Assembly (NCBI GenBank): GCA_038147395.1
Contig: JAYQTM010000001.1
Location: 77,863 to 141,862 of the forward strand
DNA from: Candidatus Eutrophovita brisbanensis
Lineage (GTDB): Bacteria; Pseudomonadota; Gammaproteobacteria; Burkholderiales; Eutrophovitaceae
Length of the DNA: 64,000 nucleotides
Direction of reading: 5' to 3'
The notes under the pieces are model-generated. The model was given only the letters and a program-made list of their open reading frames with translations. It was not told where the DNA came from and searched no databases. Numbering within the stretch: position 1 is the first letter of the stretch; each line of letters starts with the position of its first letter. Below are positions 29,886-39,532 of this stretch, piece by piece. The translations under genes and the position numbers were made by a program.

Positions 29886-30764
29886 TTGATTACCCGTTTT
29901 AGTCTGGCTATTTTATGGCTCGTACACTTTCTTCCACGCCCAATCATCTCAGGGATCGGCGCGTCGCTTGGGATCTTGTTTTACGCTTTATCGGCGGAGA
30001 GACGTCACGTCGTCGAAAAAAATGTAGCTCTATGTTTTAAAGAAAAACCAACTCGTGAGCAAAAGCGCCTCAGGAAACGTCACTTCATCTCGCTGGGCCG
30101 GGCGATTACCGATAGTTCGATTGCCTGGTGGGGCAGCGAGGAGTCCATTCGAAAGCTAGCCTCAGTAAAAGGAAAAGAACATCTAGACCGTGCGCTGAGT
30201 GTGGGGCCTGTGATTGTGCTCGCACCACACTTTGTGGGTGTTGAAATTTTAGGAATACGGCTATCCCTCGAGGAAAATGCACAATCGATGTACAGTCAGC
30301 AAAAAGACCCTGTTTTAAACCAATTCTTGATCTCGAAACGCTCCAGATTCCGCGACATTCGACTGTTCTCGCGGCAAGAAGGTATCAAGAATATCGTGCG
30401 ATCACTCAAAGCCCGGCTACCACTTTTTTTTCTACCGGACATGGACTTTGGTCCAAGGGATGCAGCATTTGTACCTTTTTTTGGCGTGCCAGCTGCGACA
30501 ATCAATGCGGTGCCGAGGCTCGCGATGCTGACTAATGCCCGAATTGTTCCCGTTACAATACGTCAAACGGGAGCCAAGTCACCCTATCGGATTCAATTTT
30601 TTGAGGCGTGGGACAATTATCCAACTGGGGATTCAGCGTTGGATACTCGACGCATGAACGCATTTATTGAGGACCAAGTAATTCAGATGCCCGAGCAATA
30701 TTACTGGGTGCACAAACGATTCAAAACGAGACCTGACGGGCAGCCCTCCCTCTATGAGCAGTAA
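29886..30764 (+). CDS. lpxL: Lipid A biosynthesis late acyltransferase, LpxL/HtrB family, copy 2
   Basis: 292 aa with a TTG start, motif HFVGVE and a C-terminal PEQYYWVHKRFK typical of the family. It is a tandem paralogue of the preceding gene. Confidence 0.7.
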   Translation: MITRFSLAILWLVHFLPRPIISGIGASLGILFYALSAERRHVVEKNVALCFKEKPTREQKRLRKRHFISLGRAITDSSIAWWGSEESIRKLASVKGKEHLDRALSVGPVIVLAPHFVGVEILGIRLSLEENAQSMYSQQKDPVLNQFLISKRSRFRDIRLFSRQEGIKNIVRSLKARLPLFFLPDMDFGPRDAAFVPFFGVPAATINAVPRLAMLTNARIVPVTIRQTGAKSPYRIQFFEAWDNYPTGDSALDTRRMNAFIEDQVIQMPEQYYWVHKRFKTRPDGQPSLYEQ

Positions 30765-30788
30765 CATGATGAGCCAATCAACCACCAT

Positions 30789-31316
30789 ATGATTGAACGC
30801 TACGACATCAGCGTCGCGGAAGTGTCCCTCGAAGACAAGGAAACTATCTGTCGTTTAGCCCAGGAAATTTGGTACTTACACTACCCAGGGGTGATTACAG
30901 TCGCTCAAATTAATTACATGCTTGGGCAACGTTACACAACTTCAGCGATCGAATTATCCGGCGAGAACTCGGATAGCTGGTGGCTCAAAGTACTGGTAGA
31001 TCAAGCAATCCAGGGATTCGCCCACTTTGAATTCAGCAGGTCCTTAGATAAGGCCAAGCTTGACAAACTATATGTCCATCCCCGCGCTCATCGAATAGGC
31101 TGTGCACGCAAATTATTGGACTATGCCGAGCATCAACTCTCAAAAAGTGGCATCGAACACATTACACTTCAAGTCAATAAAGGCAATGTGGGATCAATCA
31201 AGTGCTACGAGCGTTTAGGGTACTCAAAGGTGGAGGATATCGTGGTCGATATCGGTAATGGATATGTGATGGACGATTTCATCATGTCAAAAAAAGTCGA
31301 ACGGTCGTTAACATGA
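30789..31316 (+). CDS. GNAT-family N-acetyltransferase
   Basis: 175 aa with an acetyl-CoA-binding region (LYVHPRAHRIGCARKLLDYAE) and the YERLGY motif. Confidence 0.8.
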   Translation: MIERYDISVAEVSLEDKETICRLAQEIWYLHYPGVITVAQINYMLGQRYTTSAIELSGENSDSWWLKVLVDQAIQGFAHFEFSRSLDKAKLDKLYVHPRAHRIGCARKLLDYAEHQLSKSGIEHITLQVNKGNVGSIKCYERLGYSKVEDIVVDIGNGYVMDDFIMSKKVERSLT

Positions 31317-32161
31317 GCTTTAAATTCACAAAAATGGAAGGGGCGGGTAACGACTTCATCGTGATTGACGCGACGACAAACCCCTTTAGTCTGCGACCAT
31401 CACTCATCAAACGACTGTCAGACCGTCATTTTGGAATCGGCTTCGACCAGCTTCTCGTCGTAGAAAAGAGCCAGCGAAAAGACGTTGACTTCGCATACCG
31501 CATTTACAATTCCGATGGCGGCGAGGTGAACCAATGTGGAAACGGCGCTCGGTGCTTCGCAAAATTTGTCTATGAAAAAAAACTCACGAACAAGACAGAG
31601 ATCGTCGTTGAGACACGATCGGGACTGATCAAACCAAAACTAGAAAATGATGGCGAGGTCAGTGTCGACATGGGGGTGCCTCTATTTTCACCCAAAGATA
31701 TTCCACTAAATGTTGATCAACAACAAAACACCTATCGGCTGACACTCAACGACCGAGATATGGAGTTTGGCAGCGTGTCAATGGGTAATCCACATGCGAT
31801 ATTTTTTACGGCAAACCTAGGGACGACCCCTGTTTCCGAGTGGGGGCCACTACTGGAAAGTCACCCCACGTTTCCAGAGCGTGCGAACATCAGCTTCGTT
31901 CAAGTGACCTCCCGCAACCAACTCAAAATGCGCGTCTGGGAAAGGGGCGCTGGAGAAACATTAGCCTGTGGCACTGCAGCCTGCGCCGCTGTCGTGTTCG
32001 GAATCAAAGAAGACCTCCTAGACAGAGCGTGTGATGTCTCACTCCCCGGGGGCGTGCTTAACGTTTCTTGGACGGGTGATGATCAATCGGTTTTTCTCAA
32101 AGGACCTGCAACAACAGTGTTTGAAGGAACGATTGACTCTCGGTATATCGAAAATGAATGA
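31313..32161 (+). CDS. dapF: Diaminopimelate epimerase
   Basis: 282 aa with FTKMEGAGNDF and the two catalytic Cys contexts NSDGGEVNQCGNGARC and ETLACGT. Confidence 0.95.
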   Translation: MSFKFTKMEGAGNDFIVIDATTNPFSLRPSLIKRLSDRHFGIGFDQLLVVEKSQRKDVDFAYRIYNSDGGEVNQCGNGARCFAKFVYEKKLTNKTEIVVETRSGLIKPKLENDGEVSVDMGVPLFSPKDIPLNVDQQQNTYRLTLNDRDMEFGSVSMGNPHAIFFTANLGTTPVSEWGPLLESHPTFPERANISFVQVTSRNQLKMRVWERGAGETLACGTAACAAVVFGIKEDLLDRACDVSLPGGVLNVSWTGDDQSVFLKGPATTVFEGTIDSRYIENE

Positions 32162-32789
32162 TACGGACGCCGTAGACCACATACTGAATAACCCCAGTAT
32201 ATGGTCAGAATATCCAGAGCTACTGGCAAAAGCACAACGGGTGTTAGCCGAAACTGACAGTAACCAAAAAGTCGTCTCGCTATCCGATCGACAGGTTCCT
32301 AAATTGCAGCAGCGTATTCGACGTCTCGAGAGTGAAATGGTCGCGTTTATCGATAACAGCCGCGATAACGGAGCTCTATGGAATTCTCTACTAAAAGCAA
32401 CGCTTGAATGCAGTGCGGTACCAACCCATTCAAGATCACTCGAGTTGATTGAAACAACACTTAAATCACAGCTTAATGTCGAGCATTGTCAAATCCATTT
32501 ACCCACAGATGAGCTCTCTTCCGCCCACAAGCTCAATGACGATCAAGATGAACCCTTAAAACCCGTGACAAAAATTACATTTTTGTCTGGTGTGCCCGAC
32601 GAGTTACGTGGATTTTTCGAAGTCAATCACTGGGAGTCTATTGTAATGATTCCGATCGCTAAAAATAGCAGGCACGGGTTCGTGTCGTTCGCGTCCTCGA
32701 ACCCCAACAAGTATACGGCTGAGACCGACACAGAATTCCTAGAAAAAATTGGCATTGTGGTTACAGAACTTCTCATTCCTGGCAATTAA
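32154..32789 (+). CDS. DUF484 (YigA-like) protein
   Basis: It occupies the conserved position between dapF and xerC and has a GAF-like C-terminal half. The start is set at the ATG at 32154, overlapping the dapF stop. The longest ORF starts at 32031 inside dapF. Confidence 0.7.
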   Translation: MNDTDAVDHILNNPSIWSEYPELLAKAQRVLAETDSNQKVVSLSDRQVPKLQQRIRRLESEMVAFIDNSRDNGALWNSLLKATLECSAVPTHSRSLELIETTLKSQLNVEHCQIHLPTDELSSAHKLNDDQDEPLKPVTKITFLSGVPDELRGFFEVNHWESIVMIPIAKNSRHGFVSFASSNPNKYTAETDTEFLEKIGIVVTELLIPGN

Positions 32790-32810
32790 TATCAAGAACC
32801 TGTCAAACCG

Positions 32811-33707
32811 ATGACGCACAACATGGAAAACGCAAAAAACGCGTATTTCACACACCTTGAGACTGAACGACGAATGTCTCCCAACACCATCGGGAGCTAC
32901 AAACGAGATCTTCAAACTTTATCAAACGCGTTTCATGACTCCTTGGATGCCGTAGAAACACACGATATTCGTCGACTAGTTGCTCGCCTTCACGCATCCG
33001 GATTGAGTGGTAAAACGTTATCCAGAATGTTGTCTTCATGGAGGGGATTCTTCCGTTTTTTAACCGAACGCTTCCAATACAAAAATAATCCATGTGTCGG
33101 TATACGCGCCCCCAAAACGGCCAAACGTTTACCCGACACCTTGACGCCAGATGAAATCACCAAGCTATTAGAATTGGCGACCGATGATGAACGATCGTCG
33201 CGAGACTGGGCCATGTTTGAACTGTTTTACTCATCAGGGCTGAGAGTATCTGAATTGGCAACATTAAAATTCTTGGACTTAGATTTAAAGGATCACACTG
33301 TACGCGTCACTGGTAAAGGGAATAAAACTCGGGTAGTCCCCATTGGACGAAAAGCTGTCGATGCGATCAATCATTGGCTGCATATCCGAGAGGCTGCGGG
33401 TCGGGGAATTATCAAATTTCTATTCCCGAATAACCAAGGTGAACCGCTGAGTGTCCGGACAATACAATACCGCCTCACTTATTGGTCAAAAAAACAAGGT
33501 CTTCCACAAAACGTCCACCCACACATGCTGCGGCACTCGTTTGCATCACATATTCTTCAATCAAGCGGCGATTTGCGATCCATACAGGAAATGCTCGGGC
33601 ACGCGAATATATCGACCACTCAGGTATATACACACCTAGACTGGCAGCATCTCGCACAAACATATGACAACGCACACCCCAGAGCGAAACGTAAAGAGAA
33701 CAACTAA
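32811..33707 (+). CDS. xerC: Tyrosine recombinase XerC (chromosome dimer resolution)
   Basis: 298 aa with a conserved catalytic context (ELFYSSGLRVSEL, HMLRHSFASH, LGHANISTTQVYTH) and dapF-DUF484-xerC synteny. Confidence 0.9.
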   Translation: MTHNMENAKNAYFTHLETERRMSPNTIGSYKRDLQTLSNAFHDSLDAVETHDIRRLVARLHASGLSGKTLSRMLSSWRGFFRFLTERFQYKNNPCVGIRAPKTAKRLPDTLTPDEITKLLELATDDERSSRDWAMFELFYSSGLRVSELATLKFLDLDLKDHTVRVTGKGNKTRVVPIGRKAVDAINHWLHIREAAGRGIIKFLFPNNQGEPLSVRTIQYRLTYWSKKQGLPQNVHPHMLRHSFASHILQSSGDLRSIQEMLGHANISTTQVYTHLDWQHLAQTYDNAHPRAKRKENN

Positions 33708-33727
33708 CGCAAAATGCATCAAATCAG

Positions 33728-34357
33728 ATGTTAAACCTGATACTCGTTCGCCACGGCGAGACTGACTGGAACCATGAACAGCGCATTCAAGGGCAACTTG
33801 ACATCCCGCTAAATAAAAACGGTACCAAGCAAGCGCGCGCCGTCTTTTCCAAACTAAAAAAGGAACCGATTGACGCAATCTTTAGTAGCGATCTAACGCG
33901 AGCAATGGAGACAGTGGCGCCATTCAAGCAACTAGGCTTTTCGATTAATCTTGATTCAAATCTGCGAGAGCGATCACTGGGCATGCTGGAAGGACTCTGC
34001 GTCAAGGAAGCCGTGGAGCTAATGCCAGAGGACCTGCGTGCCTTTCAAACTCGATCTTACACTGTTACTCCCAAAAATAGCGAATCAATGTCAGCATTTG
34101 AAAAGCGTATTCGCGTGTTTCTGAGTAAAATCTCCGAGACATACGAGAGGGGCAATATACTCGCGGTGACTCATGGCGGTGTGATTGACGTTGTTTGGAG
34201 AATCGCAAACAATATTTCGCCTACAGATCCTGTAAAACCGACCGTGACAAATGGATCAATCCATCGGCTCCAACTGATCAACAACGGAGGCGTCGTGATC
34301 GAAAATTTTAACGATGTCGATCACATGAAGGCGATGAGTCACTTAGATGACGTCTGA
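33728..34357 (+). CDS. Histidine phosphatase family protein (phosphoglycerate-mutase-like)
   Basis: 209 aa with the LVRHGETDWN catalytic motif and a later THGGV motif. Confidence 0.8.
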   Translation: MLNLILVRHGETDWNHEQRIQGQLDIPLNKNGTKQARAVFSKLKKEPIDAIFSSDLTRAMETVAPFKQLGFSINLDSNLRERSLGMLEGLCVKEAVELMPEDLRAFQTRSYTVTPKNSESMSAFEKRIRVFLSKISETYERGNILAVTHGGVIDVVWRIANNISPTDPVKPTVTNGSIHRLQLINNGGVVIENFNDVDHMKAMSHLDDV

Positions 34358-34400
34358 GACGATGCCAATTTAATACGATAATTTAGGAAACTAAAACACG

Positions 34401-34943
34401 ATGAAAGTTGAAATGCACGGCACGACGATTATTTCTGTGCGTAAGGGAAATCAAGTTGCCATCGGCGGTGACGGACAAGTGACGCTCGGCAACTGCGTCA
34501 TGAAAGGGACGGCGAAAAAAGTGAGGAAGTTATACCAAAATAAAATCCTCGCCGGTTTTGCGGGAGGCACTGCCGATGCCTTCACGCTGTTTGAACGCTT
34601 CGAGGCAAAACTTGAAAAATATCAAGGTCACCTTTTGCGCTCAGCCGTGGAGCTCGCGAAAGACTGGAGAACTGATAGGATGCTTCGCCGCCTCGAAGCG
34701 ATGCTTGCTGTAGCTGATCTTGAAACATCTCTCATCATTACGGGTAATGGCGACGTCGTAGAACCGGAAGACGGCTTGATCGCAATTGGAAGTGGTGGAT
34801 CATTTGCGCAAGCTGCCGCCAAAGCCCTTCTTCTACACTCCGATCAAAATGCAGAGACGATCGTGAAAACCGCGCTGACTATTGCTGGAGATATTTGCAT
34901 CTACACGAATCAAAATCATTCGATAGAAACACTCAACGATTAA
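34401..34943 (+). CDS. hslV: ATP-dependent protease subunit HslV
   Basis: 180 aa with a short N-terminal extension (MKVEMHG) before the catalytic TTIISVRK, then [10 protein letters not shown] and GSGG motifs. Confidence 0.95.
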   Translation: MKVEMHGTTIISVRKGNQVAIGGDGQVTLGNCVMKGTAKKVRKLYQNKILAGFAGGTADAFTLFERFEAKLEKYQGHLLRSAVELAKDWRTDRMLRRLEAMLAVADLETSLIITGNGDVVEPEDGLIAIGSGGSFAQAAAKALLLHSDQNAETIVKTALTIAGDICIYTNQNHSIETLND

Positions 34944-34957
34944 AAGAAACAAAAATC

Positions 34958-36289
34958 ATGTCAGAAATGAACCCACAGGAAATTGTCCATGAACTCGATA
35001 AACACATCGTTGGACAACATCCAGCAAAAAGAGCCGTAGCCATCGCACTTCGAAATCGATGGAGACGCAAACAAGTCGAAGAGCCACTCCGACAAGAGAT
35101 AACGCCAAAAAATATTTTAATGATTGGCCCAACCGGTGTGGGAAAAACTGAGATCGCACGGAGACTAGCAAAGTTATCTGACGCTCCCTTCATCAAAGTA
35201 GAAGCAACTAAATTTACGGAAGTAGGTTACGTCGGAAAAGATGTTGAATCTATCGTTAGAGATTTAATTGAAACAGCGATCAAGCAAACGAGAGAAAAAG
35301 AGACGGCTAGGTTACGGCACCACGCCGAGGACCTCGCTGAAGAGCGCGTGTTAGACACACTCTTACCAACAGCACGATCAACAGACCAGTCCGAATCGAA
35401 CAACGCCACAGAGTCGACCACGCGTCAAAAATTCAGGAAACGCTTGCGTGAAGGAGAGCTGGACGACAAAGAAATAGAAATTGATGTCGCCCAGGCCAGT
35501 GCCCAAATGGAAATACTCGCCCCCCCTGGGATGGAAGATTTGACATCGCAAATCCAAGGTATGTTTCAAAACATGGGATCAGGAAAAAGCGTCAAAAAGA
35601 AAATGAAAATTAAAGACGCTCTCAAGATTCTTATTGATGAGGAAGCCAATAAACTCATCAACGATGATGAAATCAAACTTAATGCCGTGTCGAATGCGGA
35701 AGAAAACGGCATCGTATTTTTAGACGAGATCGACAAAATTGCAGGCCGCCACGAAGGTAGTGGCGCAGAGGTATCGCGACAAGGGGTTCAAAGAGATTTA
35801 TTGCCTCTTGTTGAAGGAACGACCGTGACGACAAAGTATGGCATGGTTAAAACGGACCACATCTTATTTATTGGAAGTGGGGCGTTTCATCTCTCCAAGC
35901 CATCTGATTTAATTCCAGAGTTGCAAGGCCGGTTCCCAATACGCGTCGAGCTAACAAGCCTGAGTGTCGAAGATTTTGAACGAATACTGACGGCAACGGA
36001 TGCGTGCCTGTGCAAACAGTATGAGGCATTACTCAAAGCCGAAGATGTCCATCTGGAATTTACAGATGATGGTATTCGGCGAATCGCAGAAATCGCCTGG
36101 CACGTCAATGAAAAGACCGAAAATATCGGCGCACGACGTCTCTACACCGTCATGGAAAAACTGCTCGAGGACCTGTCGTTTGACGCCTTCAAAAAAACGG
36201 GTGAGACTATCAAAATTGATGTCGATTACGTGAACACTCGACTGAACGATTTATCAGAGAGCGAAGACCTTGCCAGATACGTTTTATGA
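34958..36289 (+). CDS. hslU: ATP-dependent protease ATPase subunit HslU
   Basis: The start at the ATG at 34958 gives [20 protein letters not shown], with Walker [16 protein letters not shown] and Walker [10 protein letters not shown]. Confidence 0.95.
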   Translation: MSEMNPQEIVHELDKHIVGQHPAKRAVAIALRNRWRRKQVEEPLRQEITPKNILMIGPTGVGKTEIARRLAKLSDAPFIKVEATKFTEVGYVGKDVESIVRDLIETAIKQTREKETARLRHHAEDLAEERVLDTLLPTARSTDQSESNNATESTTRQKFRKRLREGELDDKEIEIDVAQASAQMEILAPPGMEDLTSQIQGMFQNMGSGKSVKKKMKIKDALKILIDEEANKLINDDEIKLNAVSNAEENGIVFLDEIDKIAGRHEGSGAEVSRQGVQRDLLPLVEGTTVTTKYGMVKTDHILFIGSGAFHLSKPSDLIPELQGRFPIRVELTSLSVEDFERILTATDACLCKQYEALLKAEDVHLEFTDDGIRRIAEIAWHVNEKTENIGARRLYTVMEKLLEDLSFDAFKKTGETIKIDVDYVNTRLNDLSESEDLARYVL

Positions 36290-36299
36290 TCAATAACCC

Positions 36300-36797
36300 A
36301 TGAGGAACAGACCAATGAAAAAAACAGTACTTAACCTTATCTTTAGTTTTTTTGCAGTGAGCGCACTCCAAGCCCAGGCGGTTGAAATGCGACCTGTCAT
36401 GACTCTTGATCTCGCAAAAAAAATGGCTCTCGCTTGCGAAGAAAAAGCCATTCAGGAGGGCTGGAAACTAAACATAGCCATCATGGATAACGGCGGAAAT
36501 TTAGTCTACTTTGAGCGCATGGATCGAGCATTCCTAAAGAGCATCGACATCGCTATTTTGAAAGCTGAAACCTCTGCAGGGTTTCCATTTTCAACCAAAG
36601 TGCTTGAAGAAATCGCGGCAACAAGAGTCCCTGGCATTGCTCACGTTCCAGGCATTGCAACCTTTGAAGGTGGTCTACCCGTTAAAACGGCAAGCGGCGA
36701 GCACATTGGGTCAATCGGTGTCTCCGGTGCAAAAGCACATGAAGACGGCATCTGCGCTCAAGCGGCAATTGATGCGGTAGCAGAAGACCTCAAGTAA
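36300..36797 (+). CDS. Secreted GlcG/HbpS-like (DUF336, haem-binding/degrading-like) protein
   Basis: 165 aa with signal peptide MKKTVLNLIFSFFAVSALQAQA and a GGLPV...GSIGVSG motif typical of GlcG/DUF336. Confidence 0.7.
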   Translation: MRNRPMKKTVLNLIFSFFAVSALQAQAVEMRPVMTLDLAKKMALACEEKAIQEGWKLNIAIMDNGGNLVYFERMDRAFLKSIDIAILKAETSAGFPFSTKVLEEIAATRVPGIAHVPGIATFEGGLPVKTASGEHIGSIGVSGAKAHEDGICAQAAIDAVAEDLK

Positions 36798-36801
36798 AAA
36801 A

Positions 36802-37470
36802 TCAAAGTTTTGTGCCGTGGCTCAATATTCTGAGCGCGGCACAAGCAGCGCCATATCCATTATCGATGTTTGTGACGGTCAACCCTGAGGAACAACTGGA
36901 TAGCATCGACTTCAGCGCAGATTCTCCACCCTTCGCAACGCCATAACCAACCGACGTCGGCACTCCAATAATTGGCTGACTCACCAACCCGCCCAGGACT
37001 GTTGGAAGAGCAGCATCCATGCCTGCCACCACGATCAACACATCGGATTTTTGAATATCACTGAGTCGTTCCATGAGTCTCCATAGACCGGCCACACCCA
37101 CATCAGCAACCTCTCTCGGGGCGTGACCGTAGTATCTCAATGTCCTTGCCGCTTCTCGTGCGACCCCTGCGTCCGAGGTGCCAGCAGAAATTATTGCGAC
37201 GCGGTTTTCATCGCGCGAGTCATGTGCCTGACCAAATATTGCCGTTTGGGATAGTTCGTCGTAATCCAAGTCAAAACTCTGAATCTCCGTAATCGCCGCG
37301 TGCGTCTCGCGATTTAACCGCGTTAACAAAAAACTCTGTTGTTTCGATTTTGCCTGCGTCAATATTTCTACTATGTGGTCTGCCGTTTTTCCCTCACAAA
37401 ATATCGCCTCTTCAAGTCCAATGCGCTGGCCACGATCAAAATCTAATTTAATATCTGATGAACGAGTCAT
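36802..37470 (-). CDS. larB: Nickel-pincer cofactor biosynthesis protein LarB (NaAD carboxylase/hydrolase, PurE-like fold)
   Basis: 222 aa with an N-terminal extension plus a PurE-like core (VAIISAGTSD, AGMDAALPTVLGG, IGVPTSVGYG). It shares an ATGA overlap with larE and belongs to the larC-larE-larB operon. Confidence 0.85.
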   Translation of the reverse strand: MTRSSDIKLDFDRGQRIGLEEAIFCEGKTADHIVEILTQAKSKQQSFLLTRLNRETHAAITEIQSFDLDYDELSQTAIFGQAHDSRDENRVAIISAGTSDAGVAREAARTLRYYGHAPREVADVGVAGLWRLMERLSDIQKSDVLIVVAGMDAALPTVLGGLVSQPIIGVPTSVGYGVAKGGESALKSMLSSCSSGLTVTNIDNGYGAACAALRILSHGTKL

Positions 37471-38309
37471 GCTACCTCCGTGGTAGAACTTGGTTTCACG
37501 TGGATAAATGCACTACCGACCGAGTAATAATCGATACTCACCTTGTTTGAAAGCTCATTATCGGAAAATATCTGTTTAACTTGATCAATCAGTTGTCCCT
37601 TCGCTAAATCGTCGAGCCCGTCCAATGTGTTGGCATCCAACTCAATCGTGATTCCCGTCGAGCGAACTCGACACCTGACTGCAGAGGGGTTTCCGCCGAG
37701 ATATTCCTTGACGCAACGCTCAGCGTTGTTAATTAATGGAAGCACCCTGGAATCAATTCGAATACCCGTCTCTACCCGACTTGATAAACAAGGAGACGCG
37801 GGCAAATCAGCCAAATGACCAAGTCCGACCGACGTGGCAATCTCACGAACGATGCGTTTAGAGATCTGAGACTCGACAAAGGGGTGTCTGACCTGCGCTT
37901 TTTCGGCGGCATTTAATCCAGGTCGATAATCACCGATGTCATCTAAATTAGCCCCCGAAAGAATTTGCCGATTCGTTCGAGACGCGATACTGTCGTATAG
38001 GTTCGTTTTACAAAAAAAACAACGGTTCACCGGGTTGGCCAAGTAATCCTCATCTAAAAACTCACCCGCATCGATAACATTTAATCGCCACCCTCGATCA
38101 ATCGCGAGTTTCTTTGTCCGTTCTGTTGCCTCGGGTGGCACAGCGGGAGATACCGCATGAAATAATTCGACGTCAAGGTCATTCACGCTTTCCGCTACCG
38201 CCGCTAACGTGAGGCTGTCAATTCCACCACTGACTGCGATCGCCACAGCGTTCATTTGCATGAGCTGCTCGGTCAACCGCTTCATGTGCAGTTTCGTATC
38301 GACGCTCAT
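37467..38309 (-). CDS. larE: Nickel-pincer cofactor biosynthesis sulfur transferase LarE
   Basis: 280 aa with the PP-loop SGGIDS and the sacrificial-Cys context PASPCLSSRV. Confidence 0.85.
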   Translation of the reverse strand: MSVDTKLHMKRLTEQLMQMNAVAIAVSGGIDSLTLAAVAESVNDLDVELFHAVSPAVPPEATERTKKLAIDRGWRLNVIDAGEFLDEDYLANPVNRCFFCKTNLYDSIASRTNRQILSGANLDDIGDYRPGLNAAEKAQVRHPFVESQISKRIVREIATSVGLGHLADLPASPCLSSRVETGIRIDSRVLPLINNAERCVKEYLGGNPSAVRCRVRSTGITIELDANTLDGLDDLAKGQLIDQVKQIFSDNELSNKVSIDYYSVGSAFIHVKPSSTTEVA

Positions 38310-38887
38310 TTCAACTGCTCGTTAGGGCTTTCTACCAGAGCCTCTCGACGAATGGCTTCACGCTCGCGATGCCCTCGAACTCCCTCGAGTGAGGAAACCT
38401 CAACCTTTCCATCCCATTGATCGTCGTCAGCTCGCGATACCAATTTGATGTCGACCATATGACCGTCAACATTAACCGTCGTCTGTTCTCGACTCAGTGT
38501 GACTCTCCGTAGCGTCTGATAACGAAGGCCTATGGTAGTTGTTTCTAAAAAGCACGCTCTGAATACTTCATCAACTCTATCAACCTGGGCAAGCACTCGA
38601 ACGGTGATGCCAATGCGGTTTTTTTTACCAGTAAATGACGTTTGAACGACATCTAAGACCGTATCGATCGCCCGAATGTGATCCAATCCAATCGCTAAAT
38701 CCTCTGGAGACTGATCGTCGATATCAAACTCGATTTGTATCACGGTATCGCCATCATGATCGCTCTTACCCGTTAAAACGAGCAATCTGACAACGTTACT
38801 CTTTCCTGTTAACGTCCGTGTACCAAAACCAATGCCTGACCCGGCCAGAGTTCCTGCCGGCATCACACCCTGTTGTGTTGGTTTCAA
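38306..38887 (-). CDS. larC: LarC (nickel insertion cyclometallase, DUF111), C-terminal fragment in a different frame from the N-terminal fragment
   Basis: This frame stays open upstream to 38971. There it encodes GFEFYDDGIGGERITPTGAAILNYL, the conserved LarC TPTGAA segment, before the first possible start (TTG at 38887). Confidence 0.8.
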   Translation of the reverse strand: MKPTQQGVMPAGTLAGSGIGFGTRTLTGKSNVVRLLVLTGKSDHDGDTVIQIEFDIDDQSPEDLAIGLDHIRAIDTVLDVVQTSFTGKKNRIGITVRVLAQVDRVDEVFRACFLETTTIGLRYQTLRRVTLSREQTTVNVDGHMVDIKLVSRADDDQWDGKVEVSSLEGVRGHREREAIRREALVESPNEQLK

Positions 38888-38942
38888 ATAATTCAGGATT
38901 GCCGCACCAGTTGGGGTGATCCGCTCACCCCCAATTCCATCA

Positions 38943-39497
38943 TCATAAAACTCGAAACCCTCGAGTAAGTATCACAGTCGCTGGTGTCGGCACTGGAAGC
39001 TCGCCATGACTCGTCTTGACCCGACCATGTCCAAGCGGGAGCAGCCCAACCGTCCACTGCGCGTCAAGTTGATGAATTAAAAACGCCGCCCCAACGATAT
39101 CCGCAATTGAATCCCACTCGCCAACCTCATGAAAACTGATCGTGTCGACAGTTTTCCCATGAACCTGAGCTTCGGCCTCAGCCAATCGAGTAAAAATGGC
39201 TATCGCAATCTTCGTCACCTCTTCCGATAGCGGAGACTGCTCCAGCATTTCTTTTATTTGTCGGTAGGGTGTGTGGTGGTGATGGTCTTCAACAGCAGAC
39301 TCATCAACATGGAAGTATGTCCCAGTGAGAATCTTATCGGAATGTTCTCTCAGCTCCATGCCCACAACATCAGGGAGGCCTGCGGCACGAATCGCCGAAC
39401 ACATGCCCTCATAGAGTTCGGGCCGAGCGTCTAGGACCGCGGCAATAAACATATCTCCGGCGATGCCACCGACAAGATCAAGGTGTGCGCGCGTCAT
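38943..39497 (-). CDS. larC: LarC (DUF111), N-terminal fragment
   Basis: The fragment has HLDLVGGIAGDM at the N-terminus, a His-rich stretch (EDHHHHTPY), and FHEVGEWDSIADIVG. It ends at a TGA 11 nt after a GGG-TTT-CGA site where both frames encode Gly-Phe. Confidence 0.8.
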   Translation of the reverse strand: MTRAHLDLVGGIAGDMFIAAVLDARPELYEGMCSAIRAAGLPDVVGMELREHSDKILTGTYFHVDESAVEDHHHHTPYRQIKEMLEQSPLSEEVTKIAIAIFTRLAEAEAQVHGKTVDTISFHEVGEWDSIADIVGAAFLIHQLDAQWTVGLLPLGHGRVKTSHGELPVPTPATVILTRGFRVL

Positions 39498-39532
39498 CAG
39501 CTCCTCGCCTTAGCTATACCAAACTCAAGGCA

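Noticed and set aside
32811-33707. The tyrosine recombinase could mark an integrated mobile element or prophage.
   Set aside because: It sits in the canonical dapF-DUF484-xerC housekeeping arrangement and has XerC-type motifs. No flanking repeats, tRNA target or phage genes are present.
36811-36845. An 8-bp stem, TTGTGCCG...CGGCACAA, just after the GlcG-like stop could be a terminator.
   Set aside because: It has a 19-nt loop and no U-tract, and it lies inside the larB coding sequence. It is not convincing.
36802-37470. A second purE copy (PurE-like protein).
   Set aside because: Its N-terminal extension, the IGVPTSVGYG motif and its operon context with larE and larC identify it as LarB. 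The genuine purE is at 47771-48295 next to purK.
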